Assembly: GCA_030704615.1 (NCBI GenBank)
Contig: CM060733.1
Coordinates: 44,144,001 to 44,208,000, forward strand
Origin: Takakia lepidozioides
Lineage: Eukaryota; Plantae; Bryophyta
Length of the DNA stretch: 64,000 nt
Direction: 5' to 3'
The notes under the pieces were generated by a model. The model was not told the DNA's origin. It saw nothing but the letters and a program-made list of their open reading frames with translations, and ran no database searches. Shown here piece after piece: positions 32,430-45,719 of the stretch. Position 1 is the first letter of the stretch; the number at the start of each line of letters is the position of its first letter. The position numbers and the translations under genes are program-made.

Positions 32430-35400
32430 TTACTCACATGAAAAGTCATTGTCGACCTGCTTATCTTCGGGATTGTCATCATTTCGAATTTGAATCCGAT
32501 CAGTCTGTGTGCCTGAAGTGGAGCCAGACAAAAGGGGGAGGAGCACTGTGTTGTAGAGGTCAGAATCACCCTCCATGCCAAAAAGGCTTCTACCGCCTGC
32601 CTTGCATGCATGGTAAGTTGCTCCTGCACCACACAAGAGGACATGAACAGTTTGGTGGGGGGGGTTTAAGCAGATGAAACTGTTGAAAGAAAACCAATTT
32701 GGAAGGGAAAGAACGAACCTGTGGACACAGAAAGATCGACCACCCGTGCAGAGTGGTGGCTGCATGACTCCAGCAGTATTTGCATGAACGCTGGGGACTT
32801 TTCCTTTGCACCTCTCCAGGGAGTGTCATCTGGTCTCTTCAGAGTCTGACTGGACTGCATGAAGTTGTACAAAATGTCATCGACATGGGGCTCATAGGGG
32901 GGTTGACGAAACAACCCTGGTCAGAAATCTCAAAGCTGCGGATGGAGGATGGTGTCGTGGAGGTGCAAATCCTGCGCAGGCAGATCGCCTCGAACATCCT
33001 CGTCTGCCAAAGATAGCAGGTTAGTGTGGTAAACACAATCTATAGTGGAAGTGTGTACATCGGCTATTCAGAACTCAAACACAAAAAAATCATTTTTATC
33101 ACGAATTGGTGATGATCGGTGTCGATCATAACAGATTCTACTAAAGTGGAGCTGCAGAGAACATTGAAACTCATCATGAAAGCACAAGCAGAAGGGAGAC
33201 GACATACCAGCTGACCAGGGAAACCCCTTTCACAAGGTAGAGGTTGTTCACACAATTCCATGTGCGCAAAACTTCAAACCCTGAAGACTTGAGGTATGAT
33301 GCCAATGCCCGACGACTATCATTGTCACATGACTGAAAAAGCAGAAGTGTCCCTGCATCAGAGAGGAAGTTATTACAGAACCTGAACACCCAACTCCAGT
33401 AGTTGTCCTCAAATTTGTTCCAGCCTGGCGTCTTGCCTTTTGGAAGAACTTCTGGCACAGCCTGGCCATCCGGGATGTCGAGAATGACAATGTTGGCCGC
33501 ATATGTTTTCTGCACACCGCACACGAAGGTGGGACCTGTGCTCACTTGCAACAGACATGTTTTTTATAAGAACGATGGCAAGAATGTTTTCAAAGAACGA
33601 GACTGAAATACTGCCAACGAAACTTTCAGAGAAAAAGGAAAGAAACTGGAATTCTCACCAGATTGAGGAATGAGATTATATTGTCCCAGGTAGGCGAAGG
33701 CACCACAGTGTATCTTCTCTTTCGACTCTGCATCATCGACAACCAACCCTCATTAATAATTTTCATCTCTCATGCCGAATTAGAACGGGAAGGGTGTGGC
33801 TTGGCATCGAACACGCACTGAACAGTGCGGGTATATCTTCCAGCAGTAAAGTCCTGCCCACTCTCCATCTCCTTTTCTTTCTCCTCCCCTTGTCCTTTTC
33901 CTTCTCTTTGGACTTGTCTTTGTCCTTTGGCTTTGCTGGTGAGATGACTATGACATCAACAGCCTTGTCTTTTGGTTTGCGGCCCGCCTTCTTTCCCTTC
34001 TGCGGCGTTCTCTGAGCATCAAGCTCATTGGCAGCCAATGTTGCTATGTTTCGTTGGTACTCTTCGTCAATCAAAGGCGTCAACATCTCAGCGTTATTGT
34101 TCAAGTATTTCATATGTTGTTCTTGAAAGGTCGTGTGCTCCGGTGGGCAGTCAAGGTACCACCCACAGTCTCTGAAGTGAGAAGGACTCCAGTCCTTCAA
34201 TATCCCTGCAGTATACATGGTTGGATCGTTTGCAGGGTCCAACCACATGTCAAGATAGTCTGGAATTCCGCTCAGGTGATTTCCTTCCATAAGCACATAT
34301 TTCGTGTACCTGAAAAAAAGGAGATAAATCCCAACCCACCAAAGCGCTCAGTGAGTAAGATGCAAGTAGAACAGAATGAAAAAAACATAGAATGAAATGG
34401 CTCTGAGAACTGCTCCAAGGACCTTTCAGGACCACACGATTGCTCCAGATGTGAATGTCGTCAACGCCATTCAAAACATTCCATTCAATGATACTGTAAA
34501 TACACCCTAATCCACGTGAATGCAAACTATCGTTTTGGAATGACACAGACATAGAAGTGAATGTCGTCAACGACATTCACTTTGGATTTGTGAATACACT
34601 CCTAATCAAGCCTAATTATTCCTCAAATGAAGCAAAATCAAAGGATGGAAATCATAAACTCGAGTAAGGAACCCTCCCGGAAAACTCAATGCACATTCAT
34701 AACGAACATATCACTGAGGACCTCACAACAACACTGTATGTGAATGACGTCAACGCCATTCACAAAAATACCAACAAGGAACCAATTACTTAGCTCCCAA
34801 TCCATGTAAATTCAAATTGTCGCTGGTGAATAATACAGACACAGAAGTGAATGTCATCAACGACATTCACTTTGGATTTCTCATAACACAACTTATCAAG
34901 CCTCCAGATTCCTCGCAAGAGGAAAAAACAATGCAGAACAACTGAATGTCTGCATTGACATTCAGCAAAATGAAGTGAGGAACCCTCACTGTAAACTCTA
35001 TGGACATTACAAAAATTTACATAACTCTGAGGACCTCTCAACAACTCCGGATGTGAATGTTGTCAACGCCATTCAAAGACATTATCCATTCTAATCAGGG
35101 ACACTATAATTACACCCTTAGATCCTAACCAGGTGAATTCATATACTCGCTTAAGAATGACTCAGACAAAGAAGTGAATGTCGTCAACGACATTCAATCT
35201 GGATCTATGATTGCAATCCTTATGAAGCCACATTTTTTCCCAAAAAAAGCAGTAGAGTTTCCAGTATGACATTGCACCTGTACACAACTTGCATCATGGC
35301 CCACTCTCCTCCAACCTGACTGTCAAAGTCGTTGGACCGTAAAATGTTACCATCTTTGGAGAACTCCCGGAAAAAACAGTATCTCCAGGTGAGACCTCTC

Positions 35401-37806
35401 CACTTCCTTATGTATGCCTCCAATGACATTTGGGGAGGGGAAACAATCGAAATGTTCAGGTCCTTCAAAGTCTGATCCAGCACAATGACGACGCGTTTTT
35501 CGAGCTGCAAATTGTATATTTGTCAGAATTGCAAATAAGATACTCATCACATACTTGAAGAGAAGAAAACGGCATATTTGAATACACGCCTGACTCCAAA
35601 ATGTAGCCTTGTGGAGCCAGTTATCAAACACCAAATCACTGATTCCTTCCACCTTTGTGCCAGGCTGTATGGTGCTCTTTGGGAACTGATTCAAGTCCTT
35701 TACTGTTTGATCTGAGTTCCATATCTCCAGCCACCTTATTTTTGTTTGTGGGTCGACCATCGATATGGCCAGCCGGTGCAATTTCTCCTGCTGCATCTCC
35801 GGATGCACATGCTTGTCATAGTGTGTTTTGATTTGCTGAAGGAACTCAGAACCAAGTCCAGGATCTACTATTCTAAGCTGCTTTCCGAAGGCGGACATCA
35901 ATTTGGTTCTTTGCATTTCAAACTCCTTCTTTATTGCAGCTTCCACACCCTTTGATGTCCTTAGTTCCTCTGGTATAGTGCGGTAATATTCGAATTTTCC
36001 CTTCTCAGCTGCCTCTGCCAGTTCTTGCTGCATTGATTCAAGTAGTGATTAGCACCGAAGGGACTACAAACATGTATTCGAAAAGTAAACTGAGTACAGA
36101 CTCGGGCTGATTATATTGGGTGGGAGTACTGTCCGAAAATCATCCAGCTTCATCAAACCAATCCTCTGAATTCGGAATAGTGTGTGGACCAAGCTTGTTG
36201 TCACATGCGATTTCTCTGTCGATCTGCAAAAACATTGGAAACATTGCATTCCTTAACACTGTTTTTTAGGGATTAATAAGACACTACAGAGGGAATGAAA
36301 TCTCCTGAATGACTTACTTGTTCACGTCGTGCATAGCTGTAAGAAGCCTAGCGATGTCGTTTCCAGGATCCAAAACCATTACCTCCACATCAACATGCTT
36401 GTCTTTGTCTTTCGCATGGTGTTTCTGAATGTATCCCATCCATGCCAGCAATCGGTGGTTGCCGTCCCAGACGTAGAACATGTGGTTGCAGAATTGTTGG
36501 GTGTTCTTTCCCATCATGAGGCCCAGCTCGAACTCCTCATTGGCATCTTTCCAGCACTCATCCCAATTATCACTGATCTCTGGAGACACTAATGTGCTTT
36601 TTCCATTTATATCCGTCAGTGACACATAAAAAACTTGTGCACCAAGTCTATATCCATGCACAAAATCACTCTCCAATTTTGTTATGTCATGGGAAAGAGG
36701 TGGACGCACAACAGGCATAGATATCATCCGGCACAGAGGGATGTCCAGACACCCTCCAGATACGAGCATGTCCCTTATAACCTCCTAAGAGTTTACCTTC
36801 TGGAATGACATGAGTTCTTTCACCTTGTCAAGGTAGTGCACTTCAAATTCATCTACTTCATCTGTATTCTCTGAGCTTTTTCCGGACTCATCCCCATCTC
36901 CAGATCCTTTCCCCTCTGATCCTGTAGGCTTGGACCTCACAGTTTTCTGCACGATGCCATTCAATTCTGACTGAGTAATTTGCAAATAGTGAACGGCGGT
37001 AACGACCATCACTCTGTCTCCAAGAAACTCACTATGAATGGTGTGAAACAATTTAGCACAATCTACACAAGCAAAGCTGATCCTGCCGTATTCAAAACAA
37101 AAGCGAGAGCGATAGCGAACGGCGTTAACGACAATCACAAAAGATAAGGACCTGCCGGATCGGTGTTGTGTAATGACATCTATATGTAAGTGATTGGCGG
37201 CAACGACATTCAGTATAGTTTAGGGCAGACAGTAAGTGCAGATTATTCAGATTGACTCCATTGTGATTACCGTCGCCAGCATGGGAAGAGGAAGGACTGC
37301 TTGAAAGGCAATCAGACAGACTGTATGATCTGAACAACGATGATTGACGGTACTGTCAGTCACCCACTCATTGTGCGGTAAATCCTTAGCAGAGGAGTAG
37401 AAAGCAAATCACCGTTGTGATGGTCGGTAGCGACAATCCCTGTCTGGGACATTCCACTCAATCTCTACGCAGATCTTCAACAATGAAATGTAAGTTAGAG
37501 AAAACTTACTGGCGCCTTCTTAGGTTTTGAAATTGGATCCCCTTCTGCAGCTTTCTTCTTCCCTCTCACATCTGCTGGTATTTCTGTCTGCTCTAGGGTT
37601 TCTGGACCTTCTGCCGGTTCGGCGTTCCTCGTGCTTCCACCTCCTTCAGTGTCCCTGCGAGTCATCTCTGCATCCATAGGCTGGCGCACTCTTATCGCCG
37701 ACTGTGTCACAGCCGCTGCCTCAGTCTCCATCTGCTCTTGTGAATCAATCTCCGCGTTCACCTGCTGCCTTGGCCCTGTGTTCTCCAACAAACGACGCCT
37801 CATCAT
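32430..37806 (-). pseudogene. Multi-exon ParB/Srx-fold + beta-class amino (N4-cytosine/N6-adenine) DNA methyltransferase-like gene
   Basis: ParB motif FYVWDGNHRLLAW (DGNHR at 36452-36466). MTase motif IV-like ANIVILDIPDG (DIPD at 33468-33479), then WNK...FLSDAGTLLLF, GAKEKSPAFMQILLESCS..ARVVDLSVSTG (motif X/I) and GATYHACKAGGRSLFGMEGDSDLY (motif II). GT-AG introns; in-frame TAG at 36785-36787 and frameshifts. Confidence 0.75.
34451..35196. repeat. Three ~290-325 bp tandem units, each with two palindromic sites (six in total), inside an intron
   Basis: Best copy AAGTGAATGTCGT-CA-ACGACATTCACTT (34555-34582, perfect 13-bp arms); other copies at 34451, 34740, 34845, 35053 and 35172. Confidence 0.9.
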
Positions 37807-37877
37807 TTGCTCTCTTGTTCTGCGTCTCTCTCTAAGGGAAGTAAAATAAAGAGACTTTTTTCTCTTTCGTATTGTAG

Positions 37878-40800
37878 AAGGAACCCTCTCCAGAACAGAC
37901 GTCCTCCACTCCAATCGTTGAGCTTTCGGATTCGTCCGATGATGACATAAGTGAAATTCCAAATCCAGTCCTTCCTATTGTGGTTGGAGAAGCTGATGAA
38001 GAAGAGATTTGTAGGGTCATTCCAAAATTGCGGGCGATGGGAGGAATGGCTGGATTCAAAAGTGAGTTGTGGGGAATTGATTGGGAATCTTTGAAGCAGG
38101 TGCCTGTGAAGTTCTTGCCGGAGACTTTTGATGGCGATATCCTATTCGAGCTGCCTCCTCCTCCGCGAGTTGGAGGTATAACAATCATGATGCATGGAAT
38201 GGACAAGAAACACGACGGGCACCCGTGGTGCAGAACAAAAATATCCAATATTCAGAATGATGACAAGCTTGTTTTCAGGAGGACAGTTTGCAATGGACAC
38301 CTTAGGTGTGATAATTTGAATTGCAGACACTTTCTTCAGTCTGGGATCATAATCAAAGCGAATGGGAGGGTCTGGCGGAAAATCCATTTCAGCCTGGGAC
38401 TGCCCCTCCACCGGCAAACACTTTCGTCTGCAAATTCTGCAAACTTGTGCCATCCTGCTTGGTGCTCTGCCGAGCAAGAATGTACTATATTGTCCACCGT
38501 TTGAAAACAATGACAAGAGCTTGTGTGCATTTCGGATTCCATAACCATCCTGTCTCGAAGGGGGATTACAGGGAGAGTGTTGAGACAGTATCGAGGTTGA
38601 TTAAACATAAGTTCGGGAGAAACCCATCCGCAACAACATCTGCAATTGCTCTTGGCGCAAGCAAGTCCTTCTTGGAAAGCCATATTTTGAGTGAAGGGGA
38701 TTCTGTGGGGACTAAACTTGACGGTGCAGCATTGGACCTGGTCATGGATCATTTCTCCACTTTAAGTTCACCTAACATTCGGCATCAGATCAATGCATTG
38801 AGAATGGGCTCTGGGATCAGAGGCTACATAGACAACATTTTGGAATTGAAACGAGTGAGCAAGTACGATTACATCCAGGACAATGTATTCCCAGGTCAAG
38901 ATGCCATCAAAGTTTTTCTTTTCAAAATGTCGACTGTTGGGGAGGGCAGTGGGGTTAGCCTCGTGAAGCGGAATCAGAAGACTGGGGACTTGCAGAACTG
39001 TTTTCTTATGTTTGATCATGTGAAACGAGTGAAGGATTGGACAACAATGGCTTGTCATGTCTACGATCCAGTGTACCAACGAGTTATGACAATTGCAGTT
39101 TGTGACATGCAATCCGAGGATACGGAATCCCAGAAGCTCATGTGGAATTCCCTGATACGTGTCATGGGCTGCCATCTCCAAATTTCGCAGGTTTCATGGC
39201 GGATAGTGCTCAAGCAAATTTCAATGCTGTTCGTATTGTCTTCGGATCAGGCGACCCAAAAGTGCCTATGCCAGGAAGAGAGCGTACATGTCTATTCCAT
39301 TGGACACAATCTCTAGAAAAACATACAAAGTCGGACATCAAACCAGAGATGCAGACTCAGCACCGTAAATTGTGCAAAGAAGACAAAGATGCTAGAACAA
39401 TGAAGGAGGCGGATACTTTGTTCCAGACAATTCGTGCCTGGTGGTTCTCTTCTGGAGCTGCATCACTTGAGAGTATGAGAGCATTGGAAGATTGGCTGGC
39501 GTTTTGGCACTTCGGTATAGACAGTGGGGAGCAGCCATGCCATTGGTACGAGGCTTATATTTATTGTTTTATTCATACATTTGCTTTCCATTTTACTGTG
39601 TCCTCGCTTTCTTTATGTTGTTTTCTGTTCACTGTTTTGAAGTGTGGTTCTGCACTTTGCAGAACATGTCCATTGAGGAAATGGCGGACATGCCATCTTA
39701 CAATTTGGCAGAAACTGTGCACAACGCATGGTTGCAGCAATCTGGGAAACGAGGTCGGGATTTGTATGTGGCAACAACAGATGATTTGATACGTGTCTTG
39801 CAACAACAAACCCGATACCGTGATTTCTTACGAGGTGGGGTTGGTGGCAAGGGTCCGGACAAATGGGAGTTGATGTTGCGTGCTGCAAATAGATCTGGGG
39901 ATCCAATCAAGATAGCACGGGCGGTGAGCATGTATGCCCAGGGAACGCCACTTGTTTCTAGAGTTCCACATCTTGAAGGGGAGGAGAGATTCGGCTCCTG
40001 TAAGAGGAAATTGAACACTCCACCTGGTTTGGATTCAGATTCCCACAGGGCAGACCGTGATAACTTCTCGAAGCCTCGTGTTTCCCTGCATGACAGCTCC
40101 ATGTCCGGAACCTCCATTGTGGAGGAACCTCCAACACGACGGCAAGCTCCAGCATCAAACAGTGCCACTGAAATGGTGCAGGAGAGAAACAACCCCCTTG
40201 ATGTGCTTGAGTCCGCATGCCCCGACCACGTTTGGCACATAGAACGCACAAGTGTAGGGTCTCGTATGAAATGTACAGCGATCAGGGCAACTAATTTTGA
40301 GAAGTGCACTTCATCTATATCCAGAGGTGGTGTCCGAACTCCTGTTCCAACTTTCACGGGCTTGATGCGTCCATACGGTCAACCAGAAGCCAAGAACCAC
40401 AAGTTCTGGTTCTGCGCAGATGATTGTGCCAGATGTGTGCATGGAACTGTGTGTCCTTCCGTAGTGATGAAGCCATCTCCTCCAACCGTTTGGCCCGTGA
40501 AGGTGGGAACACATCTCAGCTTTCAGGAGATTGAAATGCTGGAGGAGGCAGGTTTTTCCCTTGCGAGACAACCCCAACTCCATGCATGTGCTACTACTTC
40601 TGCGTCCTCCCGGGTCCCCCCCGGCAAATCCTGACTTGTGGCCAACCAAACGAGATGGAAAGCTCGTTCGGCGTTTCCCTCCAACCGCTGAACACTTTGG
40701 CAAAGTGGAGTCCGCAAGAATGCTCCAAGCTCGTGTTGGAAGCACCACGGAACTACCCGATCCATGATATGGTCGGGTATTCACAATCATCACTTCCACA

Positions 40801-41028
40801 TCTGCTGTTCATGACAGGACCTACGACATCACGGTTTCCAATTTCCCCAATTGCACATGTCCTGATTTTGTGAATATGCTATCAACCAGTTTGGGCAAGA
40901 GAGGTAAATTCATACCCTGCAAACATTTGTATTTCATATTTTTGAAGAGGATGGTTTGCGATCCCAAACGTGACAACTTCATTCACCAGGCCACTATGAG
41001 TTTCAACGAGGTCGATACTCTATTGTAG
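37878..41028 (+). pseudogene. MULE-type DDE transposase with N-terminal GCM/WRKY-like Zn domain and C-terminal SWIM finger
   Basis: DGHPW..T.......RRTVCNGHLRC..NC...CKFC.....C.AR......HFGFHNHP (GCM-like); LMFDHVKR (D1); GFMADSAQANFNAVRIVFG (D2); CLFHW (CxxH); SYNLAETVHNAW (E); PNCTCPDF...IPCKHLYFI (SWIM). Intron 39547-39662 and about four frameshifts. Confidence 0.85.
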
Positions 41029-43455
41029 CATCAACTATGCAATGTGGTATGTGGACGACCATGATTTGAAATGTGTAATTCACATCAATTCGTCGGCGGT
41101 GCAATGATATGGCCTCCAACTATACGAAGTGAGCTCTGAGTGACAACTTTTAGGTAGTGCACATTTGTCATTGCACCGTTCGAAGTCTACATGTCTTGCT
41201 GTCGCTATGCACTACAATCATCTTTTGAAGATGATCCTAACTCTCATTGTTATTTGAGGAGGGAGGAAGGTCTTCCCGTGGCAGCCTTTATGGCGCATAC
41301 TTTGTGAGGATATTTTTTCGTCCTCGTAATTGTAAAAGTGAAACAAGCATTTGTAATTGCACAATGTTGGATGCTGCAATTGTAGGCCTCAACGCTCGTC
41401 TTGATTCTATTTAGGCAAGATTCCCTGCATTAATTCCACGGTCATAGGACCATCCTCGGCGGCGCATGTTAATGCTGACGTGGCAGATGACAGACAGTGC
41501 CACGTCATCATTTACCGCCACATCAGCATGCTGACATGACGCTCACGCCACGTCAGCATGTGTGCAGGCTCACACCACGTCAGCTGGCGTGAGCCTACGC
41601 TCGCGCGCTCACGCCATTGCGTCGTTGCATCCACCACACTCCCATCTGCAATACATGCTGACAAGAGCAATCCCCACTTGGACATCTGACACAAATCCAG
41701 TTTTGATGATGCTTGCATGAATTTGCTTGCCCATTTCTAGGGCGGTCGGGCTGGCACACGCATGGAGGGCGCTGATGAAGGTGATGTTGTTTGGCTTCAT
41801 GCCTTCTACTAGTTGCATTTGTTGAAAGAGGTCTCATTGTGCCCTTGGTGAGCATATCCTGCCATCATCCCAGTCCATGCAGAGACCACATCATTGTGTC
41901 AAATACGACGCGCGCATCCCCCACACACCCGCATTTGCAATACATACAGACAAGTGCAGTCCCCACTTGGATATCTGATTCAAAACCAACTCTGATTATG
42001 CCGGCGTGTAGCCGCTTGCCCTGTTCGAGTGTTGTTGGGCTGGCACATGCATTGAGAATGTCCACATATTCTGAGAAGTGATCTGCAATCATATCCATCA
42101 GATATAGCCCTACCTTGAAGGACAATCTTGCCTCATGTGGAAACCTGTATTTAGTCTTTCTTGCATATGAGAGAGGTGGGCTTCAACTTCAAAATATGAG
42201 GTTCAGGGACTTGGATTGGTCTTGCCTTTGGACCTCAAAATCCTCTGGGTGGCAGTTGGACTCCCTACCACCTAAAAGCAACATTGTTTCAGCCCACCCT
42301 GGTACATGAGACTCACCCCAAAATTGCCATAGCTCCAATGACAATCTGGTGAAGGGCATGTGGATACAAGGTGAACTAACATCATTGTCAAAACACAATG
42401 CTGATTTCAGACTGCCGATGTTGCCATTTGCCCACAATTGCTGAAGAGAATTTACTCATAACATGTTTGCCACAACTGCTAGAGAGAAAGAGATAGAGAG
42501 AGGGAGAGGGAGAGAGAATGTACTCGTAAGACGGTGTTTGCCATAGCCTTGTGGCCAATGACCACCATCATGAAGTAGTAACCAACAGCAATATGTTGTG
42601 CCAAAAACCGATCCACGCTGCACTCATCTCCACCTACAGCTTGCAACAACAGAGCAACTCCAGACATGTAAAGACTTTAGCTTCAGTATCAGAGCATGGC
42701 TTGGTCATGTGGACTTTGTGACAGTGCTATAAGCTCTTGGTTGAGATAAATAGCGATGCAAGTGCCAAAGCTCCACCAATCACATAGAAAATAAAAATGT
42801 ACTTGTGAGACTGTTTGCTGCAAGTTGCAACTTTGAGACCATAGACTCAGGAAATGAGAAAGCAGAAAAAGAAATAAACCTACAACATCAAGGAAGCTCA
42901 AAGAGCTTATGGGACAAAAGAAAGCATATTAATAAAAAGAAAGGTGGTTCCCCTAACAAGCTCTCGACAAACAACCATTCATCAAGAGATTCAAACCTGG
43001 ACCAGTGCAATTGTCGTGCAGGAATTGCATTTGTTTAAGATAACTAGAAGAAACCCACGTGCCCTCAGCACGATAGTATAATCTGGCATATTAATGAGAA
43101 GGTACTGCTCAATAGCTAGGGTAGAAATGTAGCCATAGAAACAATTTCTGAAACGAACAAGTAGAGACATCAGAAGCATCTAGTTTTCAAACCTCAATTG
43201 ATGTCACAGACCTTGAGGGTATAGAGAAGAAACAAAGAGAGAGAGAGAAAGAAAGAAAGAAAGGGAAGAGAGAAAGAGAGAGTACTTATGCCATTCCAAC
43301 AACATGTAGTGTTCATGTGGACTTTATGATATCATAAAGCCTGGTTTAGGTACCTTCAAACTGCCCCAATCCAACTCTTTTTACATACCTCCTTCTGTCA
43401 TATCCGCACCAGAAAAGCATATGTGGGGTGTTCCAAGTACAATTGGCTAGTCCAA

Positions 43456-45719
43456 CTAGCTAATCATGTGGCCATGATCTGAAATGCTCAAATCCTCAAA
43501 AAAACCTGCTTCTTCTATGACATCATAGTTATCCTCGGCTAGGGTTGCCTCTCCAACCATGAAATCTTGCAGATCTCCTCTAGGTTTACAATCATATCGA
43601 GGGTCATCTGGCCAATTTTTGATCACCATAACCAGCCTGTCAAGATTCTCAACCTGCAAACGACAACGACGGAGTGCTGTGAGGACACTTGCAAGACTAA
43701 AAACTCGTTCGGTCTCAATTTGGGACCCCGGGATGCCAAAGATTTGTTTGGCAAGATATGCAACGTTGGGAAATTGTTGCTCGTGATCACGCCACCATAA
43801 CAAGAGATCGGTTGTTGTAGTTATAGGAACAATGAATTGCCAAAATAATGAAAGTTCAACCTTCACTACTACAGCACTTGCTTCTTCGTTTGATGCTTCC
43901 ACACCAAACATATTGCTGTCCTGATATGTTTCAGGAGATGAAACAACTTCAGACTCGCATGTAGCCGGGTTCAGCCGCTTAAAACAACCATCAGCAAAGG
44001 CAATGGACATTTCTAGTCATAGTCCTGAACAAGTTGTACAGCAGCGTCACGGCCCACATATATTTGACACAAGTTTCAGCCCCTTGAAACGAGGATCCAA
44101 CATAAATGCAAACATATTATGCGCCTTGCGTGCATCAAAAAGCTGTAGAAATGCAAGGAAAGGTTTGAGAACATGTAACACCTCTTGCTGTATCCTGCTT
44201 TTCAGTAGGAGAAGCTCCGATTCGAACACTTCTGGCGGTTGCGTCTCCTCATCAAACTCCAACATCTCCATTTACATGATAACTGAGATGGATATGGACG
44301 CATTGAGTGCATCAGAAAGTAACCAATGACCTCGAGATTGTTTTGCCACACAAGCTGTCACGACAGATTTCAAAGAACTTGTAACAACCTCTACAATAGC
44401 CCAGATTTGGGGCTTAGGAACTCTTTGCTGGAGCGTCAGACTTTGACGACCATAACAAGTGACAATGGCCTCTTTGAACTCCATGGTTTCTTCAAACATT
44501 ATCACCTTTGATGCAAATCTGGTTTTGACAGGAGTTTTCAGTTTCCGAGGCCGTAACCCTGAATCCACACAGGCCTTGTTCCACTCAATTCTGCCCTTTC
44601 CACTTTTCTTGGTCCATGTGATTGTTTTTTGTAGTGACGCTTGAGCATCGGAAACTGAAACCTCCTTGAAATCTACACAAACTTTGGCCTCATTTGTTGC
44701 GTATTGGCATGCTTTAGACATCACATGTGCAAAGCATGTGCCCTCAAAAACTGTAAGGGATTCCAAAACATCGCATGATACGACAGATCTGAGAGCGGCA
44801 GCCATTGTGCTCAAATTACCTCCTTCATCCTTGACAAAGGCAATAATGCGTCTAGTCAAATCAAAACTGTCGAGTAAGGTTTTCAACTGAACTGCCATCG
44901 CTACCCCTGATGTGTTAGACACTTCAAATAGACCCACAGTAACATGAACAGGAACCCACTCAGAACTAGTGAAATTGATTACCAAGGCAAAAGTGTCAAC
45001 TCCACCCCTGTTCATCCATAAATCGAAGCTCGCAAATGTAGAGACACAACTTCCAAGGGAAGGCAACACATGACGATCCATCGTCTTAGCAACCATTGAC
45101 GGCAAAACCTCGTCCACAAATTGTCTCCGAGAAGGAAATATGACACGAGGACACCGCCTCAAAACCAATCTTCTAAGCCACAAATTGTCAACAGATGAGA
45201 GGGCCCTGTAACCTTTAGCAATGTAAAGTGTAATGTCTTCCAAAATTGCACTTGTTGCTCATCTGTTTGTTTGTAAGGATTTGTGGACCCAAAGTATGAT
45301 GTAATGGCACAACCTGTAGGCAAAGTTCGTTTCTTACTTGCTTGACGGCTGTGCTCGAGCTTCGCAGATGCCTTCGCAGCCAAATGCGTTTTCATCGTAG
45401 CAAGCAATTCCGGATGAGCAACGTCAACATGCTTGCGCATGGCAGTGATACCATGCAACTTGTTGTATTTCACAAGACCTTTCCGGAGCACACTACGCTT
45501 ACCAACAAGCTGATTGGAAGTCATAGGCTGGGATCGACAGACAATACAACGCAATATCTGAGGATTGACTTGGTCCAGCTCAGCTGCATCATTCAACGCA
45601 AAGAATGACCAATAGATAGAGCCTCTATTGTGTGGTTTCCAGAATTTGCCTTGTGCTTGCAAAACAAGGAGCTGTTGTTGTACAAGTTCGATTTGCGGAT
45701 CTTCGAGAACCTCATCCAT
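43456..45719 (-). pseudogene. hAT transposase, copy 2
   Basis: Same motifs as 8830-11078 on the minus strand; frameshift near 45243, stop at 44272, shared frameshift near 44060. Confidence 0.92.

Larger units (their letters stand above)
31404..41626. mobile_element. Mutator-like (MULE) DNA transposon, 10.2 kb, two divergent genes
   Basis: Absent from hAT copy 1. GCATCCACCACA occurs at 31392-31403 and 41627-41638. Short GGATGC/GCATCC termini and subterminal GGCGTGAGC / GCCACGTCA motifs at both ends. Confidence 0.88.

Noticed and set aside
34451-35196. CRISPR array (palindromic ~28-bp repeats with spacers)
   Set aside because: Spacers are ~75-185 bp and homologous to one another in alternation, so this is a higher-order tandem repeat; no cas genes; eukaryotic intron.
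32430-37806. Bacterial or phage contamination explaining the ParB-MTase
   Set aside because: The gene has GT-AG introns and sits inside a duplication-bounded element nested in a plant hAT.
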